Below are positions 9,230-19,058 of a stretch of DNA of 32,000 nucleotides, in pieces. A model generated the notes under the pieces. The model searched no databases and was not told where the DNA came from. It was given only the letters and a program-made list of their open reading frames with translations. Position 1 is the stretch's first letter, and every line of letters starts with the position of its first letter. A program made the translations under genes and the position numbers. This DNA comes from Candidatus Helarchaeota ASGARD archaeon Hel_GB_B (GTDB lineage: Archaea; Asgardarchaeota; Lokiarchaeia; Helarchaeales; HEL-GB-B). The DNA is taken from the NCBI GenBank assembly GCA_005191425.1, contig SUPR01000022.1:7494-39493 (forward strand), in the 5' to 3' direction.

Positions 9230-10729
9230 TTAAGTCATTAATTTTATTAATAATTTGAAGACTGAGGCTGCGATTATACCAAATAAACCAATAATACTAA
9301 TGAAACTAAAAAAGCCAGGGTCAAAAACAAAAGCCCCAGAGATATCTACAAAATATAGTTGATGCATAGGTGATAAGAAAATTAAATAGAACGAATTTAA
9401 TGCAATACAATAAGAAAAAGTGCCAACAATTATAAGATAGGTAGGGTCTGGTAAGTTTTTCATAATTTTAGCACGCCAAATTTTGTTTTCATTTAACCAA
9501 GAGTTAAACAATTCAAATAATACAAAAATAATCACAATTAGAGTAATAATAAAAACATAGATATTAAAATAGGAAATTAATATGATTTTTGATATTATAG
9601 GAAATAGTAAATACAAAATTAATACAGATATTACTGCTAAACTTGAAAAAACAACTTTTAAATTCACCTTTTTTTCATTCTGCTTTATTCGTTTAATGAT
9701 ACTGAATATACTAAGCCCAAATAAAAAATTGAAAATGAAATTAGAAATAGACCAGCTTATTAAATTCTCCCATAGACTATAAAAATATGGATAAAAAATG
9801 CCCCATATAATTAATGGAATTGTTATGATAAAGAATCCAACGACCAATTTTAACCAATTACTGCTTTTATGATTCATTAAGTATTTCTTGGTATAATAAT
9901 AAAGAAATGCACTCATTAAGAATGCTGGAACAAACCAGAATAATTTTGGTATTCCTGCAAAAGTCATCGTGAAAATAATATTGAATATATTAGTTATTTC
10001 TATATTTAAAAAGCCAAAACTCAATAATATATAATTAAGTTCAATACAAAATAAACTGAAATATAAACTTATAGTATAAATTATAATAATTATGACCCAA
10101 ATTCGATAGCTTGTTTGAAAACTAGACAAAATGTATCGATACAACCGGAGAGATAAAACGATGGAACCCAATAAAATGATAATTAAAAAAATAATCCACA
10201 ATATAACACCAACACTGCTCATAAATATTACTTCGGGTACCATTTTATCATAAAAATTATATAATTTAAAGAAAAATTCAAATAAAAATACTAAAATATT
10301 AAAAGCGTAAATAGTAAATAACCAGCTATTAAGAATTGAATCATGGTAAAGTGTATGAAGGGGAGCCGAACAATGGAGACATTTTTTTAAAACTTTGTTT
10401 TCTTTAAATGTATTTTTTTCATGATATTTTAAAAGTAGCATCTGAGCTCCTACCGGTAGTAAAGTCATTAAAACACCCCAAATTGTAGCTGTTGTGAGAG
10501 GAACTCTTAAATCCTCAAGAATAAAGACACCAATATACAAGAATAAAATAACAATAATAGCCATTAACAATTTTTCAATAGATATCCGTTGTATAGAAGT
10601 ATGAGCACAATCAACACAATATAATCGCCCACATTTTTTACATTGTAGCCATGTGGGGAGAAGATCTATATTCTTTTTTTCATGTACTTTTCCACAATTA
10701 TTACAAGCATTTTCAAGATTATTATCCAT
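9230..10729 (-). CDS. Polytopic membrane protein with an N-terminal Cys-rich zinc finger
   Basis: C9x2C12, C30x2C33x4C38x2C41 and C117x2C120; more than 10 hydrophobic segments. Confidence 0.8.
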   Translation of the reverse strand: MDNNLENACNNCGKVHEKKNIDLLPTWLQCKKCGRLYCVDCAHTSIQRISIEKLLMAIIVILFLYIGVFILEDLRVPLTTATIWGVLMTLLPVGAQMLLLKYHEKNTFKENKVLKKCLHCSAPLHTLYHDSILNSWLFTIYAFNILVFLFEFFFKLYNFYDKMVPEVIFMSSVGVILWIIFLIIILLGSIVLSLRLYRYILSSFQTSYRIWVIIIIIYTISLYFSLFCIELNYILLSFGFLNIEITNIFNIIFTMTFAGIPKLFWFVPAFLMSAFLYYYTKKYLMNHKSSNWLKLVVGFFIITIPLIIWGIFYPYFYSLWENLISWSISNFIFNFLFGLSIFSIIKRIKQNEKKVNLKVVFSSLAVISVLILYLLFPIISKIILISYFNIYVFIITLIVIIFVLFELFNSWLNENKIWRAKIMKNLPDPTYLIIVGTFSYCIALNSFYLIFLSPMHQLYFVDISGAFVFDPGFFSFISIIGLFGIIAASVFKLLIKLMT

Positions 10730-10972
10730 TGTATTTTTATGGTAGAATTTTGAAATAATAAAATTTATGGTTTATAAAATTATGAGAATTATTCTTGAAA
10801 TAAAAAACGATTAAATTGCCAGTTTTTTAAGTTCCATTAAAAATAAAGTATTAGTATAAAATCAAAATGAGAATCCGAGTAGAATTAGAGTAATTAACTT
10901 GAAATAATAAGAGATATTAAAATTATAATTAAAAAATTATTTTAAAAATAAAAAAGTTGGAATTATATTAAA

Positions 10973-12814
10973 TTAAGACCAAAATTCTTTTGCTATTTCG
11001 TTAAGGCCCAATGATTGTAATTTTTCTTTAGAAGGTTTTCCTGTATTTAAGTCCCAATCTCGTAATTGATAATATTCTTTGAGCATAAAATCGATGTCAA
11101 CAGTATTTCCTTTAGCCCCACCTTCAGAAAGCGGCTCAGAGGTAATTCGTTTAGGTAATATATCATCTTGGGGTGTAGCACCAAATTTAATGTTAAATGC
11201 ACGCCGTAAATTAGTGATCCGTTCACCAATTTTCATAAAGTCGTCCATTTTTAATGATTTATTTAAGACTATGTTGTAGAATTCCAATTGATTTTTGATC
11301 ATTTTTCCTGTTGATGGAAAACTGCAAGTAATAAGGGAGCCCATTATAGCATTATAATCTTGAATTTTAATTACAGCATCGGCTTGACCCTCAGGTTTTG
11401 TTCTATTTGGAGCTTTTTTTACACCGATTGTAGGTAGTGGTAGGTTTACAAGGCTCATGGAGATTAGCTGATTGGCAGTAGAATGCCGGGCGCCGACTAA
11501 TTCGGTAGCATATTGCAGTCCCATTCCATTGATAGCCCGGGGGTCATGCATAGGCATTTCTAAGCCTTTAACATGAATTGCGAAGTCTTCAGAGCCTTTA
11601 CCAATCTTTTTAGAAGCTCTCATTACTCCGTCAGCAAGAATGCTCCCAAACCCTTCTTTCTTAGAGATTTGGTCTATTAATTTTAGAACACTCTCCATAT
11701 TTCCCCAACTTAAGTCCATTCCGACCTCTTCTTCTGTAATAAGCCCTTTTTCAAATGCTTCCATTGCCCATGAAATAACGGACCCACAAGATATAGTATC
11801 AAGTCCCAAATCGTTACATTTAACATTAGCATCTAGAATTGGTTGTAATTCTCCGTTTAAAAGCATGGTACCGAATGCAGCAATAGTTTCATATTCAGGT
11901 CCTTTACCTTCATATTTGTCATATTTGATCCACCTATGACAATGGACATTACACCCAAAGCAAGTAGGAGTTTTAGTAGTAATTTTTGAAAAAGCAGATG
12001 CGTCAATTTTTTTTACGTCAAATTTACCTTTAGCCCAGTTTTTAATAGGGGTATCACCAATTACTATTCCCATACTCATACCACTAACAGTCCCCATTTG
12101 TGAGAAAGCGCTAACTACCATATCTTTGTTAATATTTTTTAGATATTTAGGTAATAGTTCTTTAAACTTATCTGGATTAGCAATGCTAATGCTATTTTTA
12201 ACTGAAGCTTTTACTGCGACACCTTTCAAATTTTTAGAACCCATCACAGCACCCATGCCAGTCCTGCCAGCTGCTCGTTTGTCGTTCATTATACTTGCAA
12301 AAAGTACTTGGTTCTCACCAGCTGGTCCAATGCAAGATACCCGAATTTTTGGGTCATGATAATAATCTCTAATTACCTTTTCAGTTTTTGTAGTAGTTTT
12401 TTTCCAGATTTTAAGTTTCTTAGCATCTACTAAGTTTACTTCTTCATTTATAATAGTCAATAATACTGGTTTCTCACTTTTACCCTCAAAAATTATCCCA
12501 TCAAATCCGGAGAACTTTAATTCCGGGCCGAAAAAGCCACCAGCATTAGAATCACCAATTCCTATACAAAGTGGACTTTTAGCAGCAATCTCAAATTTAC
12601 TGGATATTAGTCCGGTTAATGGCCCAGTCATATAAATTAATTTATTTTCTGGTTCCAGTCCTTTAACTGATGGGTCTAGTTCATCATATAATATCCGAGT
12701 AGCGAGCCCCAGTCCACCAATATAATCATTTAATAAGTCTTTGTTTAAATTTTCACTTTTAATTGACTGATCGGTCAGATTTACTCTCAATATTTTACCC
12801 ATATAACCATCCAT
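10973..12814 (-). CDS. aor: Tungsten-dependent aldehyde:ferredoxin oxidoreductase family protein
   Basis: YMGKILRVNLT, KSPL, GRTGMGAVMGSKNLK, CFGCNVHC, GPEYET, GLDTISCG, MHDPR, YYQLRDWD. Likely start is the ATG at 12814 (track start 12829). Confidence 0.95.
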   Translation of the reverse strand: MDGYMGKILRVNLTDQSIKSENLNKDLLNDYIGGLGLATRILYDELDPSVKGLEPENKLIYMTGPLTGLISSKFEIAAKSPLCIGIGDSNAGGFFGPELKFSGFDGIIFEGKSEKPVLLTIINEEVNLVDAKKLKIWKKTTTKTEKVIRDYYHDPKIRVSCIGPAGENQVLFASIMNDKRAAGRTGMGAVMGSKNLKGVAVKASVKNSISIANPDKFKELLPKYLKNINKDMVVSAFSQMGTVSGMSMGIVIGDTPIKNWAKGKFDVKKIDASAFSKITTKTPTCFGCNVHCHRWIKYDKYEGKGPEYETIAAFGTMLLNGELQPILDANVKCNDLGLDTISCGSVISWAMEAFEKGLITEEEVGMDLSWGNMESVLKLIDQISKKEGFGSILADGVMRASKKIGKGSEDFAIHVKGLEMPMHDPRAINGMGLQYATELVGARHSTANQLISMSLVNLPLPTIGVKKAPNRTKPEGQADAVIKIQDYNAIMGSLITCSFPSTGKMIKNQLEFYNIVLNKSLKMDDFMKIGERITNLRRAFNIKFGATPQDDILPKRITSEPLSEGGAKGNTVDIDFMLKEYYQLRDWDLNTGKPSKEKLQSLGLNEIAKEFWS

Positions 12815-12834
12815 ATAATCACATCCCAATTATT

Positions 12835-13395
12835 TTAATCAATCAAATTGGAAACTTTTGCGAGGATTTCAGCTTGACTCTTCTTATTTTCAAGATTTGT
12901 TTTCAAGATGTTTACTAATTTAATTGCACCAGTAGGACAGACTTTAGCGCACTGGGGATCTCCGTCACATAGGTCGCATTTTAATGGGACTGTAAACATT
13001 GCACCTTCTGATTTAATGTTGACCAAGAATAATTCGTTAGTAGGACATGCATCTATGCACATTTTTGCACAATCATGACAAATTTTCAGTTTATTAATAC
13101 CCTTCTCAGATTTTTCATTAGAATAAATATCTAAATCGATATATACAAGTCCAGTTTCGTCCTTTTTTAAAATATTCTTATCGCAAGCTTTAACACAAGG
13201 CGCATCAGTACAATTAAAACAAATTGAACTTCTATTAATGACACCATTTTCTACTTTAAACCTTGTTTTGTTTAATTTTTTCCCGTATTTAATTAAATCA
13301 TCTATTCTATCATTTAAATGACAGACCATTATACAATTTCCGCAACCAATACATTCACCAATGTCAACAACAATCAAATCCTCTCTAGCTTCCAT
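12835..13395 (-). CDS. 4Fe-4S dicluster (HydN/DmsB-like) electron-transfer subunit
   Basis: CIGCGNCIMVC, CFNCTDAPCVKAC, CHDCAKMCIDACP and CDLCDGDPQCAKVCP motifs. Confidence 0.9.
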   Translation of the reverse strand: MEAREDLIVVDIGECIGCGNCIMVCHLNDRIDDLIKYGKKLNKTRFKVENGVINRSSICFNCTDAPCVKACDKNILKKDETGLVYIDLDIYSNEKSEKGINKLKICHDCAKMCIDACPTNELFLVNIKSEGAMFTVPLKCDLCDGDPQCAKVCPTGAIKLVNILKTNLENKKSQAEILAKVSNLID

Positions 13396-13416
13396 TTTTT
13401 TTCACCAAGAATTACA

Positions 13417-13866
13417 TTATAACAATAATTTTTCTGCAATTTGCATTTTCTTTTTATAAGTCAATTTATCTGGTTCCTCAAATGATAATGCATGGGTCGG
13501 ACATATCTCTACACATTGAGGCTGTAAGGGCTCGCATAAATCACATTTAAAGACCCTACCAGTTGCGTCCAGACCAATAGCACCAAAAGGACATGCAATA
13601 GCACATGCTTTACAATTTATGCATTTATTTTTATCAATTATTACTCGACCAGTTTCATCTCGGCTGATGGCCCCAACGGTACAAACTTGCATACATACTG
13701 CATCGTCACACTGAAAACAATATATAGGCACATTTACAGCTTCCTTTACTTCAATTACTTCAATCCCCGATTTCATTGGATTCACTTCATCACCATGGTA
13801 TAAACTGCAAACTACTTCACATAATTTACACCCTATACACTTTTCAATATCAACGGTTAATATCAT
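13417..13866 (-). CDS. 4Fe-4S dicluster (HydN/DmsB-like) electron-transfer subunit
   Basis: CIGCKLCEVVC, CFQCDDAVCMQVC, CINCKACAIACP and CDLCEPLQPQCVEICP motifs; GGAG upstream. Confidence 0.92.
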   Translation of the reverse strand: MILTVDIEKCIGCKLCEVVCSLYHGDEVNPMKSGIEVIEVKEAVNVPIYCFQCDDAVCMQVCTVGAISRDETGRVIIDKNKCINCKACAIACPFGAIGLDATGRVFKCDLCEPLQPQCVEICPTHALSFEEPDKLTYKKKMQIAEKLLL

Positions 13867-14485
13867 CCTAATCTTGTCTCCTTTTTCAACTCACTTTATT
13901 AATATTTGGTTAATTTATTAATTCTATTTTGAAATCTTGTTATAACGAATTAATTTCTTAAATTCAATTCTAATTTAATTTTTTTAATTAACTAATTTCT
14001 TACTTTATCAGAATATTAAATTTTTTCAATTTTAGAATTTACATGATTGATTTATAAAGAACCCGATCCATTTGATATTTTTCTGAAAATTGAAATAGAA
14101 CAAATTTGAGTCAAATTAATTGCATTAATTTAAATATAAATTTAACTTAACATTTTAACATTAGAATAAAGAATTGAAGTAATTGATCATTTTCAAATAT
14201 AAAATTTCGGTTTAGAGAATAATAATTTTGTAAAATAAGGTAAAAATCAATTTTGCTAATTGGGATAAAGCAATTTTTTAAATTTCTTCCCTGAAGGTAA
14301 ACATCATACAAAATATAGACCCGAACAATTTTAGAAAAAACATGAATTTACTTTAGACTTTATTAATTTGGTTTTTTTCCGTTAATTTTTATCAATAATG
14401 ATTAGAAAATATCTTAAATTCGTTTAAAAAACGCAATATAAATTAATAATTAAAAAGAGCAAAAAATTTAATTGATTATTAAAAA

Positions 14486-15379
14486 TTAAACTCTTTTTAT
14501 GTCCATTCGAATCATTTTGTTTTTTTCCATTTTGTCGATCAATTCGCTAAGTTTATCGCCATCTATTTCTAATTTTTCTTCGATTTCTTCAATAGTCCTT
14601 GTACCATCGCATAGTTTTGCAATTTGATATTCTAAATTAGACATTAACCTCAATTGAACAGCCATTGGGGGGATTTTTTTCGTTAATATTGGGACAAAAT
14701 CGGGGTTACCAGAATAATTTATCTTAATATATTTTTTCTTTTTATATTCATCTAATATATTCCAAACAGTCAAAACATCCACGTTTGCTTTATCTGCTAT
14801 TTGTTTTACAGTATTTTCACCATCACATAAGTTCAATACTACAATATCTTTAAGAGGGAATTTGTCTTTTTTTCGGATCTTTTTAATTAGTTGAGGTATT
14901 ACTTTTACTTCTTCTTCCTCTTCCGCTTTTTTTATCTCTTCTTTAGGTGGTGGTGCGACTTCTTCAATAACTTCAGCTTCCTCAGGTTGTTCTTGACCTT
15001 CAAGTGGTTCCAAAACAATGAGTGGGTCTATTTCACTGGCATATTTAGCCATACGCTTTTTGAATGCTAATAATTGCCCTACAAGTCCCTGTTTCATAAA
15101 CATAACTAAAACTATCTTGGGACTGATCTTAAAAAAAACCATATTTAAGCCGCTAATCGGAATACTGTGATCTCCAACTCTTAGAAAATTGAAATTTTTA
15201 TTGACAAAACTTGAAATAAAATCGCTATATTTATCAATTGCCTCATCTTTATATTTAATTTTGCCATATTTATCTATTATTCCAATATATGGGCGACTTG
15301 TAAGCATAGGTCCAATTTCTGATGCAATACGTTTTGTAATCTGATAAAGTGCTTCTTCTACCATCTCAAACGCGACCAA
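14486..15379 (-). CDS. Hypothetical protein: longin/roadblock-like N-terminal domain, acidic linker, two tandem winged-helix domains
   Basis: Repeats VLNLCDGENTVKQIA..V..IL..Y..K.YI and IAKLCDGTRTIEEIE..L..LI..M....MI; E/P-rich linker. Alternative start is the ATG at 15364. Confidence 0.75.
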   Translation of the reverse strand: MVAFEMVEEALYQITKRIASEIGPMLTSRPYIGIIDKYGKIKYKDEAIDKYSDFISSFVNKNFNFLRVGDHSIPISGLNMVFFKISPKIVLVMFMKQGLVGQLLAFKKRMAKYASEIDPLIVLEPLEGQEQPEEAEVIEEVAPPPKEEIKKAEEEEEVKVIPQLIKKIRKKDKFPLKDIVVLNLCDGENTVKQIADKANVDVLTVWNILDEYKKKKYIKINYSGNPDFVPILTKKIPPMAVQLRLMSNLEYQIAKLCDGTRTIEEIEEKLEIDGDKLSELIDKMEKNKMIRMDIKRV

Positions 15380-15605
15380 ATTTTATCAATTCTATTTTAT
15401 AATCTGTTTAAATATCTAATTCCTTTTGTTTATATTTAATTAAAATTACAATTAATACTTTAACTCTTTTTTTAATTTAAAATTATTCAATTTTTTTTAC
15501 TCCATATCCCCATTCTTAATAAGAGGATAAAAAGAAAATCTTTTAAAAAACCTAAACGAATATTCTTTGATACTTAATTATTTTCATTTAAAAATAGTGA
15601 ATAAA

Positions 15606-16379
15606 ATGGTAAATACAAATCATCAATTACCAATTCTCCATATTGAAGCCAAAACATTAGGAGAAGCTTGGATAAAAACATTACATGCAGTCTGGAAATA
15701 TGGGAAATTCATGCCAAACCATTATGAGGAAGCGCCAAGTAAAGAAGCAAGTGTTATCGTCAATGTGACAGACCCCTTAAGTGAACCTAAGATACATCAA
15801 GCTGATGCCATTGCTTTGAAATGCTGCAAACTTGATGGTGGGTCATACATTAAGGAAATCATTGAAGGAACTCTTGATTCAAAGGTCGATGAAGGACATC
15901 TTTCATATACTTATCACCGCAGGTTGCAAAGTTGGGGAAAATCAGTCCCAAAACATAGTGAAATTCTTAAAAAACTTGGTATCCCATTTTGTGAGTTTGA
16001 AGATGGAATTGATCAAATTCAATTCTTAATTGAAAAAGCTAAAGAGGAATCAATTTCAAGAAAATTACAAATTACTACGTGGATACCCTGGAAGGACTTA
16101 AAAATTTCGGGAGCTCCATGTCTACAACGCTTATGGTTTAGAATTGTAAATGATGAATCTCTTATACTCGAGACTGCTTGGAGATCTCGTGACCTTTTTA
16201 AAGCATGGGGCAGTAACGTTAATGGGATGGTAGCTTTAGGTAAATTAATTGCAGATAAATTGGGACTTGAGCTCATTCAATATGTAGATTTTAGTAATTC
16301 ATTGCATATTTATGGCTCAGATTTTGAAGAAGTAACTAAAATATTCCAAATTATGGAGAAAAGAGGAATAAAAATTTGA
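15606..16379 (+). CDS. thyA: Thymidylate synthase, archaeal ThyA type
   Basis: YTYHRRL, SISRK, APCLQ (catalytic Cys), WRSRD, AWGSN (Asn at the dUMP-specificity position), SLHIY. Likely start is the ATG at 15606 after GTGA (track start 15567). Confidence 0.88.
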   Translation: MVNTNHQLPILHIEAKTLGEAWIKTLHAVWKYGKFMPNHYEEAPSKEASVIVNVTDPLSEPKIHQADAIALKCCKLDGGSYIKEIIEGTLDSKVDEGHLSYTYHRRLQSWGKSVPKHSEILKKLGIPFCEFEDGIDQIQFLIEKAKEESISRKLQITTWIPWKDLKISGAPCLQRLWFRIVNDESLILETAWRSRDLFKAWGSNVNGMVALGKLIADKLGLELIQYVDFSNSLHIYGSDFEEVTKIFQIMEKRGIKI

Positions 16380-17061
16380 TATAAATCAAAATTAGGTTCA
16401 AATACAATATTAAAATGAAAAATATTTGAAATAACCATTAAAATACTATAATTTTTATTTAAAATAAAATTTGCATTGAATTTAATAATCCTAAATGCTT
16501 GGAAAATTAATAATTGATGGTTATAATCTTGTTAAATAATTTAATACTACAAAAACAACTTTTTCTTACCACCTTTTTTATTAAATAACATTATCTTGAA
16601 AAACAATTTTTTCCACTTTTGTATATTCCTATATGAAAGAAAATATTGATATGAAATAAATAATCAAAAAGTTTTCAACTATTTAGTTAATTATTTAAAA
16701 TATCTTATTTTTTATCACTAAATTTAATAGATACTAAGACCTCAAATCTGTTCAAACGAACTGAATTTCGATAAAAAACAATAAAATTTAAATTAATTTA
16801 ATTGAACATAAATAAAATATTATGTATACAAACTCCAGATGAGATGTGAGAAAGAATTAAGACATGTATTGAAGTGTAAAATAAAAAAGGTAAAAGATAT
16901 TTCACTTACTCTACATAATTCATTTTAAATGCTATAATTTTTTTTATGAGCTCATTAGAAGAAGAAAATAATTATAAAATTAATTCTTTAAGAGAGATTG
17001 CAAAGGTTTTCATATTAAATTGAAAAATACAAAATCTATGAAACGAAAAAAGTTAAAACAA

Positions 17062-17277
17062 TCAAGAAGTTGTTAAAGGAACAATATAATTATTTTCATA
17101 ATTATTATTAGTTTCAATTTGTTCTATACTTGTAATTGAAGGTTCAATATAATTTGTTTTTACTTGATTTTTTTCGCTTGATGGAAATTTAATGTCTATA
17201 AACTGGATTCTACCAGAACCAAATGGTAGAAAATTTATTGTAACTTTAATTTTTATTTCTGGTTTATCTTTCTTCAA
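17062..17277 (-). CDS. Small hypothetical protein coupled to the SDH protease gene
   Basis: TTG at 17277 lies 7 nt after GGAGGT (17290-17285) and overlaps the protease stop; 71 aa. Confidence 0.4.
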   Translation of the reverse strand: MKKDKPEIKIKVTINFLPFGSGRIQFIDIKFPSSEKNQVKTNYIEPSITSIEQIETNNNYENNYIVPLTTS

Positions 17278-18418
17278 TCCATTTACCTCCAAAACTTCTT
17301 CCTTCATAACCAATAATGGGAGATTGTCTTTGTAATTCTTGTAGAACCAATTGTTGTAATTGTTCCTGAACTTGTTTTATTAGATTTTGCAATATTATTT
17401 GGGATTGTTGAGGAATCTGATCTGGTTTTATTGTTGGTGGAAGGGATAAGTTTAGGTTAATATTTAATTGAATATTTGCGGGTATTTTTCGTTTTAAATT
17501 TAGATGATAACTAGTCCTAAACACATGAAGCTTCTTAACACTTTCTATTAAAGCTACTGGTTCATTTGTTATCAATTTTTCATCATTGTTTTCTAATTCA
17601 ATCTCAATAAATAATGGATCATTTAACTTTAAATAATTCTCGTATTTTAAATATAAATCCCAAATAAGTGTTTCTATTTCTGGGTCGGGAAACATAATTG
17701 GGAGTCCAATATCAAGTGCTTCTTTTCTCCCAATGGTATGACCATGGGAATATATCTTTTCGGTGAGAATCTCAATGATCGTGTTAATTTTTTCTTCATC
17801 CAATCGCATGTTGCGGGATGATAAGAGCTTTCTAGCAACAAGTCTTATGTGTGAGTGTTGTCTATTCACCCGCCCCAATGTCAAGGGGCTAATTTGTTTG
17901 ACCAAGTTTTCAACAACTTGTGCTAATGGCTCTTGATCATTTATGTTAGCTCGTTCCTTCAGAAATGAAATGAAAGAATTGACATCTTCAACTGAAATTT
18001 CTTGTGCAGGTAAGGAACCTTCACTAACAGTTGCTTTTACTAATGTTGGATCAATCGGACCTAATTCCGCTTTTTTTCCCATAATAATATTATCTGCACC
18101 CAAAGAAAGCAATGTAGCTGCGCTTTGAGCTTTATAGGGAATTAAAACGTTAAATTCATCACAAAACTCCCTAATCATTGTAGTTATTCGCCAAGGAACG
18201 CTAATATCTCCGCCTCTACTATATATGAATATGTCAATTTTTTTATTCTTTTCTGGTAGTTCTAAATTGATCAAGTGGTCATACAATGATCTTACCACGT
18301 CTTCAGCTATTCTAGAACCAAATGGCTTGCGATCTCTAGTGAAATATACGATCACTTTACTATTTCTTTTATTTTCTAATTGTTTTATTAATTGAACTCC
18401 AATTTTATTTTCGCTTAT
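17264..18418 (-). CDS. SDH-family (ClpP/SppA-like) serine protease
   Basis: IYSRGGD, KAQSAAT (catalytic Ser), LGPIDP, SHGHTI. The frame stays open upstream of the track GTG (18355) to an ATA at 18418, giving a family-like N-terminus (x-SENKIGVQLIKQLENKRNSKVIVY). Confidence 0.85.
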   Translation of the reverse strand: MSENKIGVQLIKQLENKRNSKVIVYFTRDRKPFGSRIAEDVVRSLYDHLINLELPEKNKKIDIFIYSRGGDISVPWRITTMIREFCDEFNVLIPYKAQSAATLLSLGADNIIMGKKAELGPIDPTLVKATVSEGSLPAQEISVEDVNSFISFLKERANINDQEPLAQVVENLVKQISPLTLGRVNRQHSHIRLVARKLLSSRNMRLDEEKINTIIEILTEKIYSHGHTIGRKEALDIGLPIMFPDPEIETLIWDLYLKYENYLKLNDPLFIEIELENNDEKLITNEPVALIESVKKLHVFRTSYHLNLKRKIPANIQLNINLNLSLPPTIKPDQIPQQSQIILQNLIKQVQEQLQQLVLQELQRQSPIIGYEGRSFGGKWIEER

Positions 18419-18629
18419 GGATCGTATCCCGTATATATTATTTATTTATTATAATTTTTTGGTATATTAATCAAATAGGAATTAAATATTATATATTCGA
18501 CAAAATTATTTTAAGTTTTTATTATTTAAATAACACCTTCTTTCCTTAAGATTATAAAAAAATACAAGAAGAGAATTTATAGATTTTCTTAATAATTGTC
18601 TTTTAAGATTTGATATAATACGCCATCAA

Positions 18630-19058
18630 TTAACATGCAAACAGACCAATTATTTCGATATATCCGCCGAGATTTTTAATATATAAAAAAGGATTTACAC
18701 CGATTAAGACAATAATGATCCCAATTATTCCAATAATTAAGGAAGTAATTTCTCCTTTTTCATTTTCTTTCAGTACTAAGATTCCATCAAGTAATGCAAA
18801 AACATTGAAAATGAAAGAAATAACAGATTCAGATATAAATATTGTCGGAAATACTCTAGATATCCAAGTAACGGGGGGAGTATAGGTTAAATTCAAAGTA
18901 AAACTAGTTATAATTGATTAAATATTACCAATTAATAATAGAATTCTTTTTATTATACTAAAGACGTTTTCGCTCTTTTGCTTTTCTACTAAATCTTTAC
19001 ATCTCTCATATTAATTAAACTTTTTCAATTTATTTATATATCCTTGTTCTATCGTTTT
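18630..19058 (-). pseudogene. Decayed membrane-protein gene
   Basis: One frame of 143 codons with only two internal TAA stops (19013-19011 and 18920-18918) in very AT-rich DNA; hydrophobic helices run across the stop at 18920. The track's 88-aa ORF is its 3' part. Confidence 0.5.

Noticed and set aside
10370-10705. Canonical PI3P-binding FYVE domain
   Set aside because: It lacks the WxxD and R(R/K)HHCR motifs; only the Cys spacing is similar.
15606-16379. Phage-like dCMP hydroxymethylase / DNA-modification gene
   Set aside because: It has Asn (AWGSN) at the specificity position, as in dUMP-using enzymes, and there are no modification or viral genes nearby.
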